Shown: positions 37,702 through 47,886 of the stretch, one piece after another
Layout: each line of letters opens with the position of its first letter
Position numbering within the stretch: the stretch's first letter is position 1
From: a virus
Virus record (IMG/VR): IMGVR_UViG_3300037557_000128
Coordinates: 1-64,000 of that record
DNA length: 64,000 nucleotides
Reading direction: 5' to 3' (one strand)
Notes under the pieces: model-generated
Databases searched by the model: none
What the model saw: the letters and a program-made list of their open reading frames with translations, nothing else
What the model was told of the DNA's origin: nothing
Position numbers and translations under genes: made by a program

Positions 37702-39254
37702 TATTTGTCTCCAATTTCGTTTGAGTCGTAAAACCCGTCTCCGCCACCAGTGTCTGCACCGTCAGCCTTTTCTTGTTCGATTTGGGAATCAATTTCCTTG
37801 ATTTCCTCTTCTGTTTGTCGCAAAATATACTTTCTAACGTACTCTTGACTGAAGTATTTTCCAACATATTCACTAGCAGTTTGAAGTGCATCTAATCTTT
37901 CTCTAAGAATCTCTTGTTCTTTCAATTCTGTAAAGTGGTTGTCTGCAGTATAGTCATATTGTAAAAAGTCTTTAAACTTGTCAAACTCTTCTGCACTTAC
38001 AACCTCTTTAAGAACTAACTGAGTTCTTAATAAATCTGTAAAACACCTCGCAAACTTCTTCTGAAGTCTGTTAGTGAACTTATTAAACTTAAGTTCGTCT
38101 CTAGAAATCTCCGAAGAACGACCCATATTGAATCCGTTATCCGACTCCATTCTAGAACTTGGAACATTTAATGACTGATATAACTTCTTCTTGAAGTATT
38201 CTACATCGTCAATTTCTGCGAGGTTTTGTCCACCAGGCAAGGTTGTAATTTCCGTTCCTCTACCACCTTCTCTTCTTGGCAACCAAAAATCTTCCAACAT
38301 ACTCATATGTTTTCTATCATCTTTGATTTCACCAGTATCTGCATTGTAAACAAGTTTATTTCTATACTTGTTCATTACATCTGCAAGATATTGTTCTGCT
38401 TTTGCCTTTGGAAGGTTACCTACGTCAATGTAGAAAATCCTTCTTTCAGGTGCTCTAGACAATCTATAGATTACTAGTGCATCTTCCATCATTGATAACT
38501 GATTTGCAGTCTTCAATGCTTTGTGCAAATACCCAATAACTGCATTCTTGTTAAAATCTAACAATCCTGAAGTAGTATAAGTCACTGCCTCAGGTGCAAT
38601 TCTGACTGTTGTACCTTCATTAGTACCAGTCTTGTCGAAACCTTTATCGTTGAAAATGTAAAATTCTTCCGTCTTCGTGACAATGTCTACACCTTCTTTC
38701 TTATCTTTCTTAGTCTCAACATTTCTGACCTTCTTAATCTTAAGAGGGTCAACCTGTCTGATGTCAACAATACCAGCTTTGGTTCTGTTGCTATCAACTA
38801 CCTTATGGAAGTAAATCCTTCCATCGATGTACCATTTTCGGAATATTTCATGAGAGTTCTGATTGAACTTCATCATTGCTAGGATGCTGTAAAACTCGTC
38901 TTGCATCTTATTTTTGATGCTATCAGAGAGCTTCACATCTCTGAGGTCGAGTGTTACTATCCTATCGGCACTATCCGAAGTGATACACTCATTCACTATA
39001 TCTTCAATAGCCGCATCGCATTCGGGTACTAGGGAAGTTTCTCTGTATCTTCGAATAAGTTCAACCTCATTCTTGATACCACCTTCCATATCTACATAGG
39101 CACCATAAGCACCACCTGCAATATACCCTGCTTGTTGTGCGACAATGGGTGTACCATCATCGTCAACTTGAGGAACAAAACTCTTCTGAGAACTGACCTC
39201 TGAGGCTCTTAACTCGTCTTTTTTACGAGTGATTTCAAATCCAAATATATCCAT
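37701..39254 (-). CDS. gp20: portal protein
   Basis: RAPERRIFYIDVGNLPK.KAEQY, EDFWLPRREGGRGTEI. Confidence 0.99.
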   Translation of the reverse strand: MDIFGFEITRKKDELRASEVSSQKSFVPQVDDDGTPIVAQQAGYIAGGAYGAYVDMEGGIKNEVELIRRYRETSLVPECDAAIEDIVNECITSDSADRIVTLDLRDVKLSDSIKNKMQDEFYSILAMMKFNQNSHEIFRKWYIDGRIYFHKVVDSNRTKAGIVDIRQVDPLKIKKVRNVETKKDKKEGVDIVTKTEEFYIFNDKGFDKTGTNEGTTVRIAPEAVTYTTSGLLDFNKNAVIGYLHKALKTANQLSMMEDALVIYRLSRAPERRIFYIDVGNLPKAKAEQYLADVMNKYRNKLVYNADTGEIKDDRKHMSMLEDFWLPRREGGRGTEITTLPGGQNLAEIDDVEYFKKKLYQSLNVPSSRMESDNGFNMGRSSEISRDELKFNKFTNRLQKKFARCFTDLLRTQLVLKEVVSAEEFDKFKDFLQYDYTADNHFTELKEQEILRERLDALQTASEYVGKYFSQEYVRKYILRQTEEEIKEIDSQIEQEKADGADTGGGDGFYDSNEIGDK

Positions 39255-39259
39255 ACTAT

Positions 39260-39267
39260 TATTTATA
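39260..39267 (-). promoter_or_regulatory. late promoter (leaderless gp20)
   Basis: TATAAATA, then 5 nt, then the ATG. Confidence 0.8.
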
Positions 39268-39306
39268 CCACCTAAACATAGTGATATTCACTGTACTGTA
39301 TCGTAC

Positions 39307-39804
39307 TTAAATTACTCTTTCCCAGTGAGAATATGTAAATGTAACTGCAAATTCTTCTAAAGCGTTTTCGGTTTCGTAACTTAATGCGATTGAACCGATT
39401 TCTTTAGGGAAGCAGTTAAAAAATTCATATCTCGCAAGGACTGAGTCGTCTTTACCTAACTGTTCGACAAAGGCTCTACTTAATAAGTAGTCTGTTGTCG
39501 CCAAACCTGTTGATGTTCCGTGACCTTGTATTTCTTGTTGCCACTGTTCTAATGCAGTTCTAGCGGAGAATTCATTATCATTGATAATTGTCACTTCCCA
39601 ATCTGCATAAGTTCTGTCACCAGCAAGTTTAAGTGTAGTTCCTTTAAACGGTACTAACACTTCACCGAGTGTAGCAGCAGGTATTGTTGCACCTTTTGCT
39701 AGAAACTCGATTTTGTTTCCTGCACGAGGAAGAAAGACTCGGAATCTGTTTGCCCTTGGGCCACCACCGATTAATTGTGCTTTAAATTGGTCTATTGTTG
39801 ACAT
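39307..39804 (-). CDS. gp19: tail tube protein
   Basis: GG.RANRF, AGDRT..DW.VT..ND, EEF.VTF.Y. Confidence 0.95.
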   Translation of the reverse strand: MSTIDQFKAQLIGGGPRANRFRVFLPRAGNKIEFLAKGATIPAATLGEVLVPFKGTTLKLAGDRTYADWEVTIINDNEFSARTALEQWQQEIQGHGTSTGLATTDYLLSRAFVEQLGKDDSVLARYEFFNCFPKEIGSIALSYETENALEEFAVTFTYSHWERVI

Positions 39805-39818
39805 TTATCTTACTCCTG

Positions 39819-41810
39819 TTAAACTGCTGAATAGATTTCTTCAAACTGAACACCACTTCTAGCAGCGACAAAGTTCAAAGTTATATAGTTGATTGAACGA
39901 GCAGGTTTAACGAAGATAGAACATACAAATTCGTTTCTATCCATAACTGAATCAGTGTTGTTTGTTTCATCACAAACTACTGAGAAGTCAATCAAACCTC
40001 TTCTGTTCTTCACATCTCTTAAGAAAGGTTCTATCGCAGCTCTGAACTGTGCTCTTGTGAATGCATCGTTGTATTCAAAGAGTTGTGCTTGTGCAGCTGT
40101 TGATATTGCTTTCTCTAGGACTATGAATAACCTTCTTACATTAATTCTATCAAATGCAGAAGGACTTGTTAATGCAGTCTTATCCCCAAATAGGACTGTG
40201 CCTTGGCCTGGGAATGTTGTGACTGGGTTAATTCTTGCACGATAAAGGTCATCTCTTGAACCCTGTTTAGGGTTGTATGCAACCTTAGTGATTCCAAGAT
40301 ATTGTCCTCTTGAGAAACCTGCAGGGGAAACCCACGCATCTCTCATAAGGTCAGCTCTTGCCATAATACCTGCTGTGTGTCCGTTTGCAGGAATCCAACA
40401 GTACCTATCGTTAAATCTATCGTATTGGTAGACCCAAGTTGAGTCTAGTACTGCAAATGAACTTGAAGTTGCAGTGTTGCAGTCTGCTAATACGTTTGTT
40501 GTTTGTGTTGATTCATTAGAAACATTAACCACTGATGCACGTCTTGGACTTGCGATTACCATACAATCTTTTCTCTTTTCTGCAATTAAGATTGCTTGGT
40601 TAACTTGTGTTGTCCAATCTGCAAGAATATCTTGGTCTGTTCCTGAACCGTTATCAGTTCTTGTTGAACCAACGATTAGGAAACTTATATCGACTGAATT
40701 TGCATCTTCGAAATGGTCTGCCCATGCAGTTTGTTTTTCTCCTGCAGTAGCACTTCTTCCGTCAACTCCACCACTTAGTGTTGAATTTTCAGGGCCTGAA
40801 GGTCTACCGAAGGCTGCTCCTGCAGAACCAGCGTGTGTTTTCTCACCAGTTGCACTTGCGTGTGTTCCTGTTGAGTGACTTGCCCAGTATACATAGTCTG
40901 ATTTTACTTCTAATACGTCTTTGTAGTAGTTTGAAGCACCGTGAGCGTCTTTACCGTCTGAAGCACATGATAAGAAACCAAATGTTTCTAATACAGTGTT
41001 TGCAGTACCTGTAAATGTTCCGTCTTCGTCTATAACTACAACGTGAATTTCGTCATCGGAACCACCAGCAGCTGTTGATGTTCCTGATTTGCCTGGAGCT
41101 TTACTGAATAAACCGTAGTGTTCCCAATATCTATCGATATTAGCACCGTTTGCAACTGCAGTTGTTAATCCAACTCCAGCAGGTTGATCCAATGCTTCGA
41201 TAGTGATTGTTGTTGCTGAAGGAAGAGCTAACACTCTATATTGAGTGGTGTGCGTTTGTGGAAACGTGATTATATCTCTTAATGTGAATACGTTCGAGGC
41301 TGTAACTGTAATTAAAGTTTGTCCAACTGCTTCTGCACCACCTGTAGTGGTTACTGTATTGTTGAAGTATGCATCACTAGATGCACAAGTCGAAACTTTT
41401 AATGAATTACCTTTAGTCCCTGCGTATTTTGAAATGAATTTTCCAACAGTTCCTGCCTGTCCACCTGCTTTATATGTGTTAACATAGTCATCATGATGTT
41501 TAAGTAAAGATGCCCCACCACTTGCGTTAGCAGATTTTAAACCATTTGAGTTTATTCTTACTACTCTGAGTGATGAACCGTACTTTAGGAAAGATTCCGC
41601 TGTGTAAAAATTCTCTGCACCTGCATCTGTATTTACAGGTTGACCAAATGTGTCTACTAAGCCCTTTGAATCTGAAACTGTTATTACTTCATCAACAGGG
41701 CCCCATTGAAATGAACCAGCGAATGCACCCGTAGTTGTAGAAACTGCTGGTACAACATTCGTTAAGTCAATCTCGTTGACCTGTACGCCTGGTGATACTT
41801 GAAATGCCAT
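39819..41810 (-). CDS. gp18: tail sheath protein
   Basis: SPGV...EIDLT, FQWGP, WVSPAG..RG, FDRINVRRLF. Confidence 0.98.
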   Translation of the reverse strand: MAFQVSPGVQVNEIDLTNVVPAVSTTTGAFAGSFQWGPVDEVITVSDSKGLVDTFGQPVNTDAGAENFYTAESFLKYGSSLRVVRINSNGLKSANASGGASLLKHHDDYVNTYKAGGQAGTVGKFISKYAGTKGNSLKVSTCASSDAYFNNTVTTTGGAEAVGQTLITVTASNVFTLRDIITFPQTHTTQYRVLALPSATTITIEALDQPAGVGLTTAVANGANIDRYWEHYGLFSKAPGKSGTSTAAGGSDDEIHVVVIDEDGTFTGTANTVLETFGFLSCASDGKDAHGASNYYKDVLEVKSDYVYWASHSTGTHASATGEKTHAGSAGAAFGRPSGPENSTLSGGVDGRSATAGEKQTAWADHFEDANSVDISFLIVGSTRTDNGSGTDQDILADWTTQVNQAILIAEKRKDCMVIASPRRASVVNVSNESTQTTNVLADCNTATSSSFAVLDSTWVYQYDRFNDRYCWIPANGHTAGIMARADLMRDAWVSPAGFSRGQYLGITKVAYNPKQGSRDDLYRARINPVTTFPGQGTVLFGDKTALTSPSAFDRINVRRLFIVLEKAISTAAQAQLFEYNDAFTRAQFRAAIEPFLRDVKNRRGLIDFSVVCDETNNTDSVMDRNEFVCSIFVKPARSINYITLNFVAARSGVQFEEIYSAV

Positions 41811-41851
41811 ACTTTTCTCCTGTTAATGTAAAAAGTTATTGTTTACTGTTT

Positions 41852-41859
41852 TATTTATA
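41852..41859 (-). promoter_or_regulatory. late promoter
   Basis: TATAAATA. Confidence 0.75.
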
Positions 41860-41900
41860 ACAATACAGTATCTAACACACCGATTTACATTCTCTATTAT

Positions 41901-43493
41901 TTATGTTCCTTTAACATACCACCTATCTCCTTCGTCATCAACGAATGATGTGGCTTCGGGTGTCTGATTTCCAGCTCCAAAGATACCTGCAGGTAGTAGG
42001 TCGTTTTCTATTAATTTTTGCTGTTCTGCGTACAAAAGGTCTTTAATTTGATGGTTGGTTAGGTGGTGAAAATATTCAGTGGTAACAAACCAACTGAATA
42101 GTACACAATTCATTACTAAATCATCATGATACCCTTTTGCCGCTTCAAACGACATACCTTTATTTATGAATGTCATAAGTTCAGTAATGGTGTTTCTATC
42201 GCATAATGAGAGTCTATTTTCTTCTAACAACTCTTTTAACGTAGAACACCCTATTCTTTTAATTTTCTTGTTCATGGTTACACCAATATCTTCAGTTTTG
42301 GTCATACCTTGAACAAAAACATTATCATATTCTATATCGAAGTGTAGTTGTGTTGCCACCATACCACCTTCTGCATTGTTCTCAATAATTACTAATGCAT
42401 TGTTATACGCACTTGCATACTTATTTATAATATCAGGTAACAGCATGGGACTTATCATACTGTTTCTATACGTTGCAACCTGTTCAAAAGGTTGTGTTGA
42501 AATGTCAAATATTGTAAAGGTAGAATAGTCCATACCCCTTCCCTTTGCAACGTCAACCGTACAGACGTATGTGTGGTCTTCTGCAGGTTGTTTATACATG
42601 GAGAAGTCTTCCTTACCCCATTCTGCATCTAATGCTCTCATACCCAACAAACAATTAGAACTAATAAGTGTATTACCCGTTCCTAAGAATGAGTTCCCAT
42701 ACTCTTGTTCGAACTGAGTTTCCGAAGTGTTTGCAATAGTTTGTTTCTTCCACTTTGCATCTCGGCCTGGAACATCGTCCCAATTAATTGTAAATTGTTT
42801 ATATTCTGATTGTTCATGGACGGCACTTTCGTATATCTTATAGAACATATTACCCACACCATTCGCAGTAGAAGTAATAATAACCTTTGATTCTTTACCT
42901 GATGTTACCACTGGATATGTCGCAGTATAGAATTCCTCTGCATTTTCTACGAATGCAAACTCATCGAGGTATAGTAAGTTAATTGAAAGACCACGAATCG
43001 AACTTGAAGACGTGGCGGCTGCAACCAGTTTACTATCATTCGCAAACTCTATGTTACCTTTGTTTAGAATCTTAACCCCAGGCTGTAAAAAGAATGGAAC
43101 AGACTCTAACATCGTTACGATACGAGCAACCATTTCTCTTGCGATTGCACCTTTGTTCGCAAGGATAGCAACAGTAACTTCAGGGTGAAACAGTAAGTAC
43201 CATATTAGATATGCACAAGAAGTGATTGATTTACCCGACTGTCTACTCGCAAGAACTACATTGAATCTATTATCATTAAAGTGTTGTATTAGTTTATCTT
43301 GATACCCACGAAGTTTAAAAGGAATCATACCTTCGTCAAGAGATATGATTTGGGTGTAGTTCTCAATAAAGTGTACTGGGTCTTTGGAACACTTAATGTA
43401 TTCACTCAACTCTTCTTCTGTATACTGAATATCTACTCCAGCCTTTTTAATTAAGGTATTACCAAGATACCCCTCATTTTTCGCATCAGTCAT
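41901..43493 (-). CDS. gp17: terminase large subunit
   Basis: SRQSGKS, LDEFAF, DVAKG.G.DYS, HDDLVM. Confidence 0.98.
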   Translation of the reverse strand: MTDAKNEGYLGNTLIKKAGVDIQYTEEELSEYIKCSKDPVHFIENYTQIISLDEGMIPFKLRGYQDKLIQHFNDNRFNVVLASRQSGKSITSCAYLIWYLLFHPEVTVAILANKGAIAREMVARIVTMLESVPFFLQPGVKILNKGNIEFANDSKLVAAATSSSSIRGLSINLLYLDEFAFVENAEEFYTATYPVVTSGKESKVIITSTANGVGNMFYKIYESAVHEQSEYKQFTINWDDVPGRDAKWKKQTIANTSETQFEQEYGNSFLGTGNTLISSNCLLGMRALDAEWGKEDFSMYKQPAEDHTYVCTVDVAKGRGMDYSTFTIFDISTQPFEQVATYRNSMISPMLLPDIINKYASAYNNALVIIENNAEGGMVATQLHFDIEYDNVFVQGMTKTEDIGVTMNKKIKRIGCSTLKELLEENRLSLCDRNTITELMTFINKGMSFEAAKGYHDDLVMNCVLFSWFVTTEYFHHLTNHQIKDLLYAEQQKLIENDLLPAGIFGAGNQTPEATSFVDDEGDRWYVKGT

Positions 43494-43894
43494 TATTCTT
43501 TATTTTTCTTCAAGTATTTTTGCAAGTCCGAAGTACTTCCCACATATAGGTGATTGTGTTGTGTTTTTAGATTTGGGTTTTCGTTTTCTAGTTCTTTTAC
43601 TTTCTTTTGTAAGTCTAGAAGTTTCTCTGCAGTATCACCAACTGTCTTTATAAGTTGTCCTGCGACCTCATATGCACGAGGGTGTTCTGTTTCCTTACAT
43701 AGGTCTAATATACCGTCTATTGCATCTTGTCCCCGTTCTACGAGGTTATAGAGGGTCTCACGACCATATTTGTAGTCGTTATCAACCGACTCTGCACGTT
43801 GAAGTGCAGGTAGTTTAACTACTTTAGCTTCTTTTTGTATATCGGTAGAAATATCTAGGATTTCATCCAATTTAGAATCAATATCTTTTGCCAT
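43493..43894 (-). CDS. gp16: terminase small subunit
   Basis: DY...R..L, HPRAYEV, VGSTSDLQ. Confidence 0.93.
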   Translation of the reverse strand: MAKDIDSKLDEILDISTDIQKEAKVVKLPALQRAESVDNDYKYGRETLYNLVERGQDAIDGILDLCKETEHPRAYEVAGQLIKTVGDTAEKLLDLQKKVKELENENPNLKTQHNHLYVGSTSDLQKYLKKNKE

Positions 43895-43897
43895 AAT

Positions 43898-44947
43898 TTA
43901 ACTCGCATCTTCTGTCTGATTGTCTGAGTATGTTTTACCCGTTCCGTCATCATAGAAATTCACTGTTTCTGCAACTACGAAAGTATCTTCAGGGTCAACA
44001 GACCCAACAAACTTAAGTGTAGTTGGTCTTGTAAGTGTTATTGCACTTGACAATACAATTGTCAATTTATTATTTGCAATACTACTAACTGTAGGATTCG
44101 TTGCATTACCTGTATCGAACACTTCGTCTCCAACACTTATAGAACTATTTATTGCACTAGCAAAAGTAACTGTTGTACTTGAACTTTGTGCGCTTGCAAC
44201 TTCTCCGAATGCAGGTTCATAGTGTTTAACTTCTTTCACTAGTCCTGATTCTGTTATCTGCGTGGTTGAGAAACCTTTAGTTACATCAGGATTAATGTAT
44301 GTTCTTTCGATAACGTTCTTAATAATCTTACCGTTGTAGATTGGCCCGAAGAAGTATAGTTTCATATCAAAGGTAAGTGTATGTTCTATAACCCTTCTTT
44401 CTGTAAAGTCTCCCTCATAGGTATCTGTCATTTCTACACCTGTAAGTGTAATTGGTACATCTCTAACCTCACTCATGTCGTCTATTATCTTCATAGACAC
44501 TGTATATTCAGGCTGGAAATAAGGAAGTATCTGTTCTACAATTTGAAGTCCGTCATTAGCTTGTTTTGCAAGAACACTAAGTGTAAAACTTATTGTATAA
44601 GGCGCTGGTGCGTATTGAAATCCCCGATTAGATTTATCTGCGTTTAGTCCACCTTTTTCTGTTCGGATTAGTTTATTTTGTTGTCTATCTGCATCATACT
44701 GGAATCCAGTGATTTCAAATGCAAGTCTAGGTAGACTGATTGCACTTCTATTGTTATCACTTAGATTTGCTTCTTCATTAAGTCTCGCTAACCATTTTGC
44801 TTTTGGCCCATATGATATAGGAACTATCTGTTGTGCAAGAACCGTACCGTCTGCTTTAGTCTTTTTAATCGTAATATTATTAAAGAGTGTACCAAAAATA
44901 GATACACTTCTCTTAATAGTTTCATGATAGAAATGCGTTCCAAACAT
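43898..44947 (-). CDS. gp15: tail sheath stabilizer/completion protein
   Basis: FGTLFN, VPI.YGPK, LQIVEQILPYFQP. Confidence 0.95.
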   Translation of the reverse strand: MFGTHFYHETIKRSVSIFGTLFNNITIKKTKADGTVLAQQIVPISYGPKAKWLARLNEEANLSDNNRSAISLPRLAFEITGFQYDADRQQNKLIRTEKGGLNADKSNRGFQYAPAPYTISFTLSVLAKQANDGLQIVEQILPYFQPEYTVSMKIIDDMSEVRDVPITLTGVEMTDTYEGDFTERRVIEHTLTFDMKLYFFGPIYNGKIIKNVIERTYINPDVTKGFSTTQITESGLVKEVKHYEPAFGEVASAQSSSTTVTFASAINSSISVGDEVFDTGNATNPTVSSIANNKLTIVLSSAITLTRPTTLKFVGSVDPEDTFVVAETVNFYDDGTGKTYSDNQTEDAS

Positions 44948-45162
44948 TATGCATTCGCCTCTATGTAATCTTTTACTTGTTTAACTGTATGAAGTTGTTC
45001 TGCATCTTCGTCATAGATTTCTATACCATACTCCTCTTCTAATTGCATAACAATTTCAACAATGTTAAGTGAGTCTGCACCCAAGTCTTTAACCAAGTTT
45101 GAATTGTCTTGAACTAAGCCTTGGTCGCAACCAAGTACTTCTGAAATTATTTTTTCTACCAT
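44947..45162 (-). CDS. acpP: acyl carrier protein
   Basis: DLGADSL.IVEIVMQLEEEYGIEI.DE.A..L.TV, with the phosphopantetheine-accepting Ser. Confidence 0.93.
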   Translation of the reverse strand: MVEKIISEVLGCDQGLVQDNSNLVKDLGADSLNIVEIVMQLEEEYGIEIYDEDAEQLHTVKQVKDYIEANA

Positions 45163-46019
45163 TATGTTACCTCACCGAATGGGTTTGTCTCTGAGAAATC
45201 TAAATAATTGTCTGCCTTAGTCTCAAAGTCTAAGTTATCTGCAGCTCCGTCATTACTCATAGTCATTACATCTACAATACTTGAGATTGTATGTGATGCA
45301 CTTCCGTCTGCACCGACAAGTACATCTCCGACAACAAGTGTCTTAGTGTTATCTCTAATTTTAAGTTGTCTAGTTGTTGGGTTCCAAGAAATAACTTCTC
45401 CTACTACAACTGAACTCAATTTAACATTCTCGTTTGCGACATAGTTACCTGAACCACCACCAGCCATTGTCATATCAATATGATATGCTTGTTCGTCTTC
45501 GATAAGGTCAATATCTGTAACATTAGTATCAAAGTCTTCTCCACTGTACTCAAACAATTCGCATTGTAATTTAAATACAAATAGTTTACCGACTTGATAG
45601 AATGGATTCTCGTGTTCTACAAATTTAATTTCAAACATTGAACCTGACATAGGGAAGTGTATTAAATCCCCTTCGTTTGGTCTTAATGATGTTGCGAGGT
45701 TAGAATCCAAAGATATAAACCTTTCCCAACTTCTTAATGAGATTACAAAGGTTGCAGTATCCCTAACTGAGACACCAAACTTAGACATTAAGTCTCCTTC
45801 ACCTTCAAACCCCTCAGAATTTTCAATATACATTTCAACCGAATATGCATCACCAAATTTTGACTGAACGTCTTCATTTAATATGGTGTCTTCTTCTATT
45901 ATTTGTCTAGGTAGATAATGTGTTTCATGTCCATACATTCGTAAAGACTCGACAACCAAATCTTCATAAAGATGTTGTTCGGTGTTAACTGCATGGTTGA
46001 AAAATACGTTAGTCGGCAT
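45162..46019 (-). CDS. gp14: neck protein
   Basis: EQ.L.EDL..ES, RPNEGDLI, FSE.NPFG. Confidence 0.95.
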   Translation of the reverse strand: MPTNVFFNHAVNTEQHLYEDLVVESLRMYGHETHYLPRQIIEEDTILNEDVQSKFGDAYSVEMYIENSEGFEGEGDLMSKFGVSVRDTATFVISLRSWERFISLDSNLATSLRPNEGDLIHFPMSGSMFEIKFVEHENPFYQVGKLFVFKLQCELFEYSGEDFDTNVTDIDLIEDEQAYHIDMTMAGGGSGNYVANENVKLSSVVVGEVISWNPTTRQLKIRDNTKTLVVGDVLVGADGSASHTISSIVDVMTMSNDGAADNLDFETKADNYLDFSETNPFGEVT

Positions 46020-46023
46020 GACT

Positions 46024-46839
46024 CTATCCCATCATGTCCATAACAGGCATTTCGTAATTTAACCTTGACTCTTCCTCTAGTTTTGTGATTTCTTCTTGTG
46101 CTTCAGTCATCATACGTTCTGCATCTAGAGTTACACCGCCTGGTAGTGCAATACCACCAAACTTAGAAAGGTTTTGACCCCATTGATATTTAACTTTTTG
46201 GGTTGCATATTTCTTTAACCACATATCGTTATAGACATCAGTCATATCATTTGGGTCTATCTTTCTGTAACATTCTATGATAATCCACTCATCTGCAGTC
46301 AATTTTGATGCATTATAGTCAATATACAATCTATTAGAATGCATATTATATCTTATTGGTATTTGACCTACCAACATTTGATTTAATAATGCAAGGTGTG
46401 ATTGTACTTGTGAGTAGTACATTACACTTGTAGAAGTTAAATCCCACAAGTCATTTAGTCTAAGTTGATACTGAATATCAAACATATTAGATTGTGTTCC
46501 CGAACTAAATGGGAATAGGTTAATTACTGAAAGAACGTGTTCGGGTAGTGTTAAATAGTTCTTACCTTCTCCGTAAGTTTGGTTTGCGATTGCTTGAGTT
46601 CCAGTTGTTGCAGCTGCGTGTGATTCATTAGTTTTAAATGAATCAATTTCTGCTTGAGTAATTTGGTGTTTTAGATAGGTTTTGATACTCCCATCGTAAT
46701 GAAATTCACGAAAATACTGCAGTGCTTCATCGACTCTATCGTCTAATTGGTCGTCATCGATGTTAATTTCAACAACAGGAGCTCCTAATGCTCTCTTGAT
46801 GTAATCTTTAAATGTTGCCTTTGAATTAGGTGCTGCCAT
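46024..46839 (-). CDS. gp13: neck protein
   Basis: LGAPVVEIN, QWGQNLSKF.G..LPGGV. Confidence 0.96.
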   Translation of the reverse strand: MAAPNSKATFKDYIKRALGAPVVEINIDDDQLDDRVDEALQYFREFHYDGSIKTYLKHQITQAEIDSFKTNESHAAATTGTQAIANQTYGEGKNYLTLPEHVLSVINLFPFSSGTQSNMFDIQYQLRLNDLWDLTSTSVMYYSQVQSHLALLNQMLVGQIPIRYNMHSNRLYIDYNASKLTADEWIIIECYRKIDPNDMTDVYNDMWLKKYATQKVKYQWGQNLSKFGGIALPGGVTLDAERMMTEAQEEITKLEEESRLNYEMPVMDMMG

Positions 46840-46873
46840 AATAGTTTCCAGTAGTAATAATCTTAACTATTAC

Positions 46874-46881
46874 TATTTATA
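46874..46881 (-). promoter_or_regulatory. late promoter
   Basis: TATAAATA. Confidence 0.75.
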
Positions 46882-46893
46882 ACGTTTGGGAAC

Positions 46894-47154
46894 CTATTCT
46901 TGGAAGTATGTCTTAGATTGTAGTCTATCTATCTTTTCGTCTATTCTTTCCATAGAATCAATTAAACGTTGGAAGTCTTTCTCAATTTGGTCTCTAGTAA
47001 CATAATCTTTGGCAACTTCTTCTCTTGTCCTATTGATTAATATAGATATTCTTTGTTGTTCAGCTACAATATTCCTCACCAAAAAACCGATGGGGGCTAG
47101 AATAAGCGTTAAGATTACATTCCAAATAATGTGAGCGTCTATGATGATTTCCAT
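46894..47154 (-). CDS. small membrane/coiled-coil protein
   Basis: N-terminal hydrophobic helix; LINRTREEVAKDYVT. Confidence 0.7.
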   Translation of the reverse strand: MEIIIDAHIIWNVILTLILAPIGFLVRNIVAEQQRISILINRTREEVAKDYVTRDQIEKDFQRLIDSMERIDEKIDRLQSKTYFQE

Positions 47155-47175
47155 AGTACTATTTAGATAATCAAA

Positions 47176-47886
47176 CTATCTAATTGCGTTCCCTTTATCA
47201 TCTATATCAAATAAAAACTCATCGGGGTTATAGTTATCAGCTTCAAGACCTTTACAAAATATTGCATCATCGTTTAGATATTTTAAGGTACAATTAAAAG
47301 ATATACTATATCTCTCTTTGTTTGTTGGGTTGGGTTCTACCATGTGCATGAGACCACTTGGGAATAATATACACTCACCAGTATAGGGTTCAAAATATGA
47401 AGAAGTTGGTGTTCTAAGACTATGTGGAAAATCTGCAGCCACCTTTTGATGCGTATCAATCATTGATATACGACCCTCGTCACCGTCTCCATGAATATAG
47501 AATACACCACTATACCAACAACCATTATGTAAATGTGGTGCGTTCCAAGCACCATTATTGTTAATGTTTGCCCATGAATTGTTTATATCTAACTTACACT
47601 CTGAAGGTTTAAGTCCATGAAAAGGCATTACTTCGTCAATAAAAAATTGTTCTATTCTATTCATGCATTTCTGAAAAGTTGGGCTTCTTTCGCACCCATC
47701 TTTTGATTGCCAACCTGTATATTGATTAGAGAGTTGTCTTCCTTTTGGGTCTCTTCTTCTCATGGCGTCCATTTCGTTTCGCAACATTAGACAATATTCT
47801 TTTGAAAATCCCTTATCTTCAGGTAAGCCTTCTTGCGTGAAGTTCCTATGGAATACATAAGTTGGGAATAGTAATCTAACTGCCAT
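47176..47886 (-). CDS. 2OG-Fe(II) oxygenase, TIGR02466-like
   Basis: LFPT, SWANIN, HLH..WYSGVFY, FPS.L.H.V.PN....RYSISFN. Confidence 0.9.
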   Translation of the reverse strand: MAVRLLFPTYVFHRNFTQEGLPEDKGFSKEYCLMLRNEMDAMRRRDPKGRQLSNQYTGWQSKDGCERSPTFQKCMNRIEQFFIDEVMPFHGLKPSECKLDINNSWANINNNGAWNAPHLHNGCWYSGVFYIHGDGDEGRISMIDTHQKVAADFPHSLRTPTSSYFEPYTGECILFPSGLMHMVEPNPTNKERYSISFNCTLKYLNDDAIFCKGLEADNYNPDEFLFDIDDKGNAIR

